DNA from: Pseudomonadota bacterium
GTDB taxonomy: Bacteria > Bdellovibrionota_B > Oligoflexia > Oligoflexales > CAIMVM01
Direction: 5' to 3'
Length of the DNA stretch: 23,877 nucleotides
Assembly: GCA_037142195.1 (NCBI GenBank)
Contig: JBAXBA010000054.1
Span: 1 to 23,877, forward strand
Shown here: positions 16,728 to 23,877 of the stretch, piece by piece
Numbering within the stretch: position 1 is the stretch's first letter
How the letters are laid out: every line of letters starts with the position of its first letter
Program-made: the position numbers and the translations under genes
The notes under the pieces: model-generated
Told to the model about the DNA's origin: nothing
Databases searched by the model: none
The model's input: the letters and a program-made list of their open reading frames with translations, nothing else

Positions 16728-17184
16728 CCCAAGAATTCCGTAAGCAGCAGCCATGACACCTCTTGTTTTTTAAGAAGTTTATGAACTTTACTGCTGATCT
16801 CGACGGGGAGCTTTTCGACGTCTCTGTCGGTAACATTTGTACCTTTTTGTTTTAGTCTGCTGCACTAGATCCCATAAGAGCAAACAGGAATTTCTTCTCC
16901 ACGAAGAGCTTAGGAACTACATTTGAAAGTTTTGGACTTTTTTGAACTTCGCCCACCAGGATCCAGTCAAAGCTTCCTTCCTTCGCCAAAATTTCATCTC
17001 GAAAATCTTCAGGATGTAGCAAAAGCCCTTCCTCAATTTCAATGCCGAGCAGATCTTATTTAAGAATCCTGAGATTAACAAAAAGCTCCCTGACAAAGGC
17101 AGTTTTGCCTACGCCGCGGGTTTCGCATAGAAAAAAACTTGTTCGTTTTGATGGATTAAGCAACCTAGAAAGAAGTATTTCCAT
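16724..17184 (-). pseudogene. Degraded AAA_14 / DUF4143 ATP-binding protein
   Basis: Manual translation from ATG 17184: MEILLSRLLNPSKRTSFFLCETRGVGKTAFVRELF...ILK*DLL...WILVGEVQKSPKL...FALMGSSA/RLKQKGTN. In-frame TAA at 17056-17058, frameshift near 16859, eroded Walker A and Walker B; about 150 codons only. Confidence 0.8.
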
Positions 17185-17341
17185 TGGCCCGATAAATTAG
17201 CAGTACACTTGTATTCATGGAATGCTCTGAAATTTACGAAAGACCTGCTTCAGCCCTCGGCTTACTCGGCTGCCAAATTTTAGTTTTGGTCTTTGGCTTG
17301 ACAGAACTCCAACCCCATTTTTTAAAAAAGCAGTCCTTTTT

Positions 17342-17388
17342 TAGAGGCTCTAGTGATACCTTAGAACTTCTCTAAAGAGGCTCTTTAG
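17342..17388. promoter_or_regulatory. Two related palindromes with an AGAG-G-CTCT core upstream of the helicase gene
   Basis: TAGAG-G-CTCTA (17342-17352) and CTAAAGAG-G-CTCTTTAG (17372-17388); centres 33 bp apart. Confidence 0.45.
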
Positions 17389-17445
17389 TAAATAGGCTTT
17401 CGATAGACTACATGTATTCCGCTAAAATCCCATAAAGGTTACACC

Positions 17446-20052
17446 GTGGCAGAACTAGATCGTGAAGGTAAGAACACCGAACTCCGTCATCCCCTTGGGA
17501 AGCGAGTGCCCACAGTTCACGATAAAGTCGAGCCAGACGAGCTTTTCGATCGTTTTTTGGAATATGTAAAAGAAAAAAATCTTGATCTTTATCCTGCTCA
17601 AGAAGAAGCCATTCTTGGACTCTTTTCAGGTCACAACATCATTTTAAATACTCCGACCGGCTCCGGAAAATCTTTGGTTGCCACAGCCCTTAACTTTCTG
17701 TCTCTATCCATGGGCCGCAGATCTATCTATACCTGCCCCATCAAAGCCCTAGTCAACGAAAAATTCTTAGCCCTATGCGCGGAATTTGGTGCCGACCAGG
17801 TGGGCATGATCACCGGCGATGCCACCGTCAACGGTTCGGCGCGAATCCTTTGCTGTACAGCTGAAATCCTTGCTAACTTTGCCCTGGCAAGCGGAGAGGA
17901 TCCTGAACTCCACGACATCATCATGGATGAATTTCACTATTATAGTGACCGCGATCGAGGGGTTGCCTGGCAAATCCCGCTTCTTATGCTACCAAAGTCC
18001 CGATTTCTTCTGATGTCGGCTACTTTTGGAAACACGGAGGCCTTTGAAAAATACTTAAATGATCTCACCACAAATAAGACGGTCGTTGTGACCTCGGATG
18101 ATCGGCCTGTGCCACTTACCTATGAGTATCGAGAAACCCTCCTTCACGAAACCATTCGGGATCTCATGACCAAGGGCAAGTATCCTATCTACCTTGTCAA
18201 CTTTACCCAAAGGGAATGCGCTGAAGAGGCCCAGAACCTGATGTCAGAGGACCTATCCAGCAAAGAAGACAAGCAAAAAATAAATGCTTTTTTATCAGGT
18301 TTTAAGTTTTCTAGCCCCTATGGAAAAGATATTCAGAGACTTTTAAGGCACGGCATCGGCATCCATCACGCAGGCCTTCTACCCAAGTACCGACTCCTCG
18401 TGGAGCAATTATCTCAACGCGGCCTTTTAAAAGTCATTTGCGGTACAGATACCTTAGGAGTGGGAGTCAACGTGCCCATTCGCACCGTAATCTTTACGAA
18501 ACTCTGTAAGTTCACTGGCGAAAAAGTAGCGATTCTATCAGTGCGCGACTTTAAACAAATTAGCGGCCGAGCAGGCAGAAGAGGCTTTGACTCTGAAGGC
18601 ACTGTAGTGGTCCAAGCTCCTGAACACGTTGTCGAGAACTTGCGCCAGGAATCAAAAGCTGCGGGCGACCCTAAAAAAACAAAAAAACTCGTCAAGAAAA
18701 AGCCGCCAGAGAAAGGATATGTGGCATGGGACCTACAAACCTTTAACCGTCTTATTTCCTCTCCCGCCGAGCCCCTAAACTCTTCTTTTAAGCTGTCCTA
18801 TAGCATGCTGCTTCAGGTCCTTAGCCGTCCCACAGAGGGCTGTAAGGCCATGCGTCGTCTTATTCGAGACAGCCACGAAACGCCTAAAACTAAGCTTGCT
18901 CTAAAAAAGTCTGCATTCCAAATGTTTAGAGCCCTTCACGAACGGCAAATCATAAAATTTGAATACACCCTATCTAGCCGAGACAAACAAGTCATTATTG
19001 ATGAAGAGCTGCAAACTGATTTTTCCTTAAATCAGTCTCTTTCACTTTATCTCATAGACACGCTTAAGATTTTAGATCCCACCTCCCCCGACTATGCTGT
19101 GGATGTTTTAACACTTGTTGAGTCGATCATTGAAAATCCTGATGTCATACTGCGCCGTCAACTTGATAAAATCTCCACCTTAAAAATGGCTGAGCTCAAA
19201 GCTGAAGGGGTCGAATACGAGCAAAGAATTGAAGAGCTTCAAAAACTGGAATACCCCAAACCTAACCGAGACTTTATTTACGATACTTACAATCGCTTTT
19301 CGGCACTTTACCCTTGGGTCGGCCAAGAAAACATTAGGCCTAAGTCCATTGCCAGAGATATGTATGAGACGTTTCAGTCTTTTGACGATTACATCAAAGA
19401 GTACGGCTTACAAAGGGCTGAGGGCCTTCTTCTTCGCTATTTAAGTGACGTTTACAAAGTATTGATCCAAACGGTTCCTGAAGCGAATCGAACCGAAGAT
19501 TTAGATATTTTAATTGAGTACATAGGATCCGCGATTCGGGGAATTGATTCCAGCCTTGTCGATGAGTGGGAAAAAATCCGAGTTGGAGGCACCCAACCTC
19601 GCGAACTTGCAAAAACTGATGCGCCAGCTATCAACGAAGTTTATGATATCACTAGAAACAAAAAAGATTTTTTCGTTAAGATAAGAAACGAAGTCTTTCG
19701 ACATGTGAAATTTTTTGCCACTAAGAACTATGCAGCAGCGGCCTTGGCCTTGTCAAATGGAGAGCCCGATGAATCGGCAGAATCGGCCAAAGCACTGGAA
19801 AAGTGGCTGGAATCTCAGTGGCTCGATTTTTATAGTGAGTCACGTGATATCGTAACGGACCGACGCGCTCGAAGCTCCACCTATTTTCAGCTTACGGAGC
19901 TCCCCGATTCCTCGGGGTGGTCTGTAGCGCAAATCATATTAGACTCGGAGGAAATTGCTGATTGGGAAATACAATTCGTGATCGATAAGCAGAAGTCCAT
20001 CGCCGCGAATGCCGTCTCAATGTCTATCCATAAGATTGGCCCCATCGGCTAG
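17446..20052 (+). CDS. Ski2-like DEAD/DEAH-box helicase with DUF3516 C-terminal region
   Basis: LYPAQEEA Q-motif, [71 protein letters not shown]; 868 aa. Confidence 0.92.
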   Translation: MAELDREGKNTELRHPLGKRVPTVHDKVEPDELFDRFLEYVKEKNLDLYPAQEEAILGLFSGHNIILNTPTGSGKSLVATALNFLSLSMGRRSIYTCPIKALVNEKFLALCAEFGADQVGMITGDATVNGSARILCCTAEILANFALASGEDPELHDIIMDEFHYYSDRDRGVAWQIPLLMLPKSRFLLMSATFGNTEAFEKYLNDLTTNKTVVVTSDDRPVPLTYEYRETLLHETIRDLMTKGKYPIYLVNFTQRECAEEAQNLMSEDLSSKEDKQKINAFLSGFKFSSPYGKDIQRLLRHGIGIHHAGLLPKYRLLVEQLSQRGLLKVICGTDTLGVGVNVPIRTVIFTKLCKFTGEKVAILSVRDFKQISGRAGRRGFDSEGTVVVQAPEHVVENLRQESKAAGDPKKTKKLVKKKPPEKGYVAWDLQTFNRLISSPAEPLNSSFKLSYSMLLQVLSRPTEGCKAMRRLIRDSHETPKTKLALKKSAFQMFRALHERQIIKFEYTLSSRDKQVIIDEELQTDFSLNQSLSLYLIDTLKILDPTSPDYAVDVLTLVESIIENPDVILRRQLDKISTLKMAELKAEGVEYEQRIEELQKLEYPKPNRDFIYDTYNRFSALYPWVGQENIRPKSIARDMYETFQSFDDYIKEYGLQRAEGLLLRYLSDVYKVLIQTVPEANRTEDLDILIEYIGSAIRGIDSSLVDEWEKIRVGGTQPRELAKTDAPAINEVYDITRNKKDFFVKIRNEVFRHVKFFATKNYAAAALALSNGEPDESAESAKALEKWLESQWLDFYSESRDIVTDRRARSSTYFQLTELPDSSGWSVAQIILDSEEIADWEIQFVIDKQKSIAANAVSMSIHKIGPIG

Positions 20053-20070
20053 AATCTTGTCATAACCAAA

Positions 20071-20094
20071 TTGGAAAATATTACTATTTTCCAA
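20071..20094. terminator. Perfect 10-bp hairpin between convergent genes
   Basis: TTGGAAAATA-TTAC-TATTTTCCAA, extendable by AACC/GGTT; AT-rich stem, no long U tract. Confidence 0.55.
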
Positions 20095-20135
20095 GGTTCA
20101 AAACTACAATTGGCTCACGGAAGCTTGTGTAAAAG

Positions 20136-21191
20136 CTAGGGAGTCACAGGTGTGCTTTTACCTGCTTCTTTTACCAATGTCATAACATCATTGAAAAGAC
20201 CTTCATGGGTAGCTTCATCGGGTTTCCAAATGACTGAGGGAGCTTCGCCTGCAACCCAAACCCCCTGTTCCATGGCTCCTTTGGAATTAAGATCCATGCG
20301 ATATTTATAGGTGAATTCCCCTTCTCCACGATAAGACAGCACCTTTAATTTCATATTAGCCATCGTATAACCTGATTTTTCCTTGGTCCATGTCAGATCA
20401 TAGCCATGAATGATGTAGTTTTTACCGTCCCGCTCCATCAACAGTGATTTTTTTTGCTCGCCAATATAGAAAACAATTACTTGATGAAATAGTGCCGCTT
20501 CCATAAGACCTTGACAGTCAAACGACTTGCGTACTTTTTCCATCTCCTCACCGTAAAGTATCCGAGAGATCTTCCCACCTGCCAAGTTCTGGTCCAGGGC
20601 AAATCGAGAGGTATAGAAGCCGCTTTCGCACTTCCCTGCTACGGGTTGTGGCAGACGGCCTTGTTGATAATGAAGCCAAGCCAAAAGGGCTGCTAAATCC
20701 GTCGAAAAGAAAGGGACCGTGATTCCCGATGGGCCTAAGGAATCAATGGAATCAAATTTCCCTGGCACGAGAGCTACCGCAGCTAAAATATCCATCTCAG
20801 AAACTTCGACACCTTTTGAACTCCGCGCCCCACCCCACGTCGGGAAATCTTTAGAGCCTTTCCAAATGTCAAAGCGCATCAGAGGAGGAAGTTTTTTAAG
20901 CTCCAATCGAGATCTATTGGCTAGTTTAGAATAGTTTAAGGGTCCGCTAAAACCGCCCACCAAGTACTCTCTTCCTGCAAAAACCGGCACGCGGCTTTCT
21001 AGATAGACACTTGTAACCTGGTTGGCTACAGGTACCGTTAAAAAAGCCTGAAATCCAGGAGTGCCTTGCAAGTCATATTTAAGAGCGGGTTTGTAAACTC
21101 GATCCGTTACTTCCGCATACTTCCTTCGAACGGTTGTGCAGCTTACGAAGAACAAAGTGATTAAAATTATTTTAAAAAGTCGAAAAGCCAT
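20136..21191 (-). CDS. Lipoprotein resembling the GP42 / TGase_elicitor family, apparently lacking the catalytic Cys-His
   Basis: Lipobox FVSC; blocks LPPLMRFDIWKG, GITVPFFSTDLAALL, AGKC, CQGLMEAALFHQVIVFYIG, YKYRMDLNSKGAMEQGVW...PSVIWKP. Family assigned by eye only. Confidence 0.55.
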   Translation of the reverse strand: MAFRLFKIILITLFFVSCTTVRRKYAEVTDRVYKPALKYDLQGTPGFQAFLTVPVANQVTSVYLESRVPVFAGREYLVGGFSGPLNYSKLANRSRLELKKLPPLMRFDIWKGSKDFPTWGGARSSKGVEVSEMDILAAVALVPGKFDSIDSLGPSGITVPFFSTDLAALLAWLHYQQGRLPQPVAGKCESGFYTSRFALDQNLAGGKISRILYGEEMEKVRKSFDCQGLMEAALFHQVIVFYIGEQKKSLLMERDGKNYIIHGYDLTWTKEKSGYTMANMKLKVLSYRGEGEFTYKYRMDLNSKGAMEQGVWVAGEAPSVIWKPDEATHEGLFNDVMTLVKEAGKSTPVTP

Positions 21192-21826
21192 TTTTCTGTT
21201 ACCTCATCCATGGAGTCTATCACGGTATCGGCAATCCCAAAACGGGGGTCCGCACGTGGTAAAACATTAGGCACAGCCACGACTGGAATTTTAGCTGCTT
21301 TTGCCGCAACAATGCCAAAAATGGAGTCCTCAAATACAAGCGCTTCAAAATGCTGGATATCCAAACTGTTCAGGGCGCTCAGGTAGACTGCTGGATGGGG
21401 TTTCCCGTAAGATTCCTTCTCCGCTGACACCAAAAACCCAAAAGTGTCCAGAAGTCCAGCTGCCCTTAAGACTCCATGGATCACTCGGCTACTAGAGCTG
21501 GAACAGACAGCTATCTTGAGCCCAAGTCGGCGAAAGAGCTCAATTGCCTGAATCACCCCGGGCAAGACTTTGGGATCTTTTTCAGCCATGGCTATCACTT
21601 TTGCTTCAATAACCGAAACCATATGAGATGTATCAAGGCGCAAGTCATATCTCTCTAGAAATACCCCCACCGCTTCATCGCACCTAAGCCCCATCACACG
21701 TTTACAGTCCTCTAAAGTAAGTGAGACCCCTACTTCCGAAAAAGCTTCCATCTCAGCTTTTTGCCAATACGTTTCCGTATCGACAAGAAGACCGTCCATA
21801 TCAAAAATAATAGCCTTAAGCTTCAT
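21167..21826 (-). CDS. HAD-superfamily sugar-phosphate phosphatase (HxpB/YniC-like)
   Basis: IFDMDGLLVDTE, AVCSSS, GKPHPAVY, FEDSIFG. Start moved from 21880 to ATG 21826 (AGGA Shine-Dalgarno). Overlaps the downstream gene by 25 nt. Confidence 0.88.
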   Translation of the reverse strand: MKLKAIIFDMDGLLVDTETYWQKAEMEAFSEVGVSLTLEDCKRVMGLRCDEAVGVFLERYDLRLDTSHMVSVIEAKVIAMAEKDPKVLPGVIQAIELFRRLGLKIAVCSSSSSRVIHGVLRAAGLLDTFGFLVSAEKESYGKPHPAVYLSALNSLDIQHFEALVFEDSIFGIVAAKAAKIPVVAVPNVLPRADPRFGIADTVIDSMDEVTEKWLFDFLK

Positions 21827-22447
21827 GCAAGTCTTTCCTACCTGTTTTGGATGAGAATCATTATGCCTATAGAGCTTCAATAAGGCGAGACAAAGTTGGT
21901 AGGATAATCAAACCCCTTTTTGTTAACGGGGCCTTGGGAACGGAGCTCTTGGAGTTGAAGATACCGGAGCTCAAAGTTGCGGCATTAGGCATGCATACCT
22001 ATCACGCTTGCTCGGCAGAGAAGACACACAGGATATCCGCATTGGGGCCTTGATAGCAATACTAAAGGGACAACCGGGTGGACCAACGAATCGACATAAA
22101 AATGGAATTCGCCCGCCTAGTTTTTGGGTATCCTTAGAAAGGGCAAGATTATCTGCCTTGAACAACGATACCAGGGATATTTTAGCCGGAAAAGGGATTG
22201 GTGAGAACCAGGTCCGCTCACCAATATTAATAGTAAACCACAGCTTTTTAAATCGTTCCAGTCGATCGCTTAGGGACTACCGCCTAAATGAAAATTGTCT
22301 CCTTGAATAGTTTTTAGTTCACATCTCGCATTATCTCTATCACTTAAATCCAAGACGAAACTGTTGCCTAAACCTAGGTCGCTTAGGACTCTATCAAAAA
22401 GGCATTACACATTGTTTTTTTAAGCATTCTTTTAAGTTTATAACACG

Positions 22448-22489
22448 GCACGACGCGTATGGCACGACGCATATATGCACGACGCATAT
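22448..22489 (+). repeat. Three direct copies of GCACGACGC(A/G)TAT
   Basis: Copies at 22448, 22462 and 22477 (periods 14 and 15), about 130 nt upstream of the GH5 start. Confidence 0.85.
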
Positions 22490-22618
22490 GTGCGAATTGC
22501 AAATTGAACCACAGTCGCCCAATAATAAAAGGAAAATCACTTAAACTTAAGTTTGATTGAAAAACACCGAAAAACAATGGTCCATTTGTTTGGAAAGCAA
22601 CTTTATAGGGGAATAGGC

Positions 22619-23845
22619 ATGAAGTCTGCAAATTCAATCAGAACAATGTTTGCTCTAGGGCTAATTTTAATTGGCCTTTTAGGTTGTGGAAAAATTTTTA
22701 TTTCTAGTAAATCTCAGGCCAAGATTATTCAATTTTCTGTAAATGGCGCGGAAAGCACGGCATCAACTTCCAGTAATAGTATCTTCAGAAGTGTTTCTGG
22801 TTTGCGTGGCGCAAACTATGTGCGGCTAAGTCCAGTGGACGGGTGGCATTCCACTTTTGGAGTTGACAGGTACGACGCGGCACGTGCGCAAAAGGCGCTC
22901 AACGATCTTGCCGCCAGCGGCTATAATTCCGTTCGTGTGTTTATTGATGTGACGAGCGATACGGGAACCAGCGCTAAAATGTCGGCGCCGGGAATTAACG
23001 AAAAGTATCTTAACAATCTCTTTGATTTCCTAAGATATGCCCAAAGTAAGAACATCTTCGTGATCATCACTTCGCAGTGGTCGCCGCAAAACTACGCCAT
23101 CTATTATAAGAATCTCAGCAATGGAGTGGGAGGGCTAAACGGCATGTACCTGAATCCGCAGCATGTGAACAGCAATATCAAATTTTTTGAAGATCTGGCG
23201 AAAGCAATTCAAGGCGCTTCGCTGGCCAACGCCGTGTTGGCTTTCGATTTGCACAACGAAGGTGAATTTCGAAACAATGAGAGTCCATTGAACTCAAGAA
23301 CTGGAACGTTCAAAGCGCCAAACGGAAAGAGCTACTCACTGGCATCGGCCGACGAGCGCCAAGCCATGCTCGACGACGCGGTTATTCATTGGATCAATCT
23401 AACGGCCGCCGCGATTCACTCGCAGATTCCGAACGTCCTGATCACTCAAAGTGTTTTTTCGCCTTTTCTTGTGAGAGGAACGGAAAGAGTTGCATTTCGA
23501 CTTGTCGCAATTGAAAAGAGTAGCGTCGATTATTTGGATGCTCATATTTATGCCCAGAACACCTCGGATATTGACACCGAAATAGCCGAACTAGGTGTGC
23601 GATCTTTGGTGCAGCAAAAGCCCATGATTGTTGGCGAAATGGGTTTTTTATCAAACAAGTCGGTAGCCGAAGGTGATAGCCTTATTAGGGCCACATACCA
23701 AAAAACTTGTCAGAGCGGTTTTAGTGGTTGGCTCTTTTGGACTTGGGATTCGGACGAGCAAACCGATTGGCGCAATTTAGTGAAAGACAACGGCGCGCTA
23801 AACGGTGTTTTTGCGCCAGTTGCTAGGGCGTGTACTCACATCTAA
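22619..23845 (+). CDS. Lipoprotein glycoside hydrolase family 5 (cellulase/mannanase-like, clan GH-A)
   Basis: RGANY, GYNSVRVF, FDLHNE (acid/base), YLDAHIY, IVGEMG (nucleophile), GWLFWTW; lipobox LLGC. Start moved from 22553 to ATG 22619. Confidence 0.85.
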   Translation: MKSANSIRTMFALGLILIGLLGCGKIFISSKSQAKIIQFSVNGAESTASTSSNSIFRSVSGLRGANYVRLSPVDGWHSTFGVDRYDAARAQKALNDLAASGYNSVRVFIDVTSDTGTSAKMSAPGINEKYLNNLFDFLRYAQSKNIFVIITSQWSPQNYAIYYKNLSNGVGGLNGMYLNPQHVNSNIKFFEDLAKAIQGASLANAVLAFDLHNEGEFRNNESPLNSRTGTFKAPNGKSYSLASADERQAMLDDAVIHWINLTAAAIHSQIPNVLITQSVFSPFLVRGTERVAFRLVAIEKSSVDYLDAHIYAQNTSDIDTEIAELGVRSLVQQKPMIVGEMGFLSNKSVAEGDSLIRATYQKTCQSGFSGWLFWTWDSDEQTDWRNLVKDNGALNGVFAPVARACTHI

Positions 23846-23877
23846 TTTAAGTAGTTGAAATAAAGACAGTTTCTCAC

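Noticed and set aside
21847..22637. ORFs 21847-22053, 21971-22165, 22008-22310, 22383-22637; an SRP-like CAGGTCCG; an NPF methyltransferase-like phrase on the minus strand
   Set aside because: No ribosome-binding sites or family motifs; the SRP core continuation is missing; the NPF phrase is bounded by stops with no other methyltransferase motifs.
650..23654. Remaining short ORF-track entries nested in or antisense to confident genes
   Set aside because: Shadow ORFs explained by the codon structure of the real genes.

Overview
Bacterial chromosomal window of moderate-low GC. The gene content (many lipoproteins, a gluzincin, a GP42-like protein, a DUF3516 helicase) suggests Bdellovibrionota/Oligoflexia, which is an inference. 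Housekeeping genes (suhB, purH, riboflavin synthase, deoC, lgt, gloA, HAD phosphatase, Ski2-like helicase) alternate with secreted or lipoprotein accessory genes (PafA-type alkaline phosphatase, M36/M4-like metallopeptidase, Ig-like surface lipoprotein, GH5). No rRNA, tRNA, CRISPR array or intact transposase was recognised. Four items are missed by the ORF track: (i) a 43-aa membrane micro-protein with a perfect Shine-Dalgarno, followed by an intrinsic terminator about 50 nt upstream of riboflavin synthase; (ii) a degraded AAA_14/DUF4143 ATPase pseudogene; (iii) an orphan IS21-type end in front of a GAP-family gene; (iv) an A12 tract in the peptidase gene. Two proteins look like pseudo-enzymes: a CinA/PncC-like plus HIGH-nucleotidyltransferase-like fusion, and a GP42 transglutaminase-like lipoprotein lacking the catalytic Cys-His. 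The best candidate for an undescribed system is the co-oriented cluster PncC/NadD-like fusion, micro-protein, terminator, riboflavin synthase (10155-12465), but its functional linkage is unproven.
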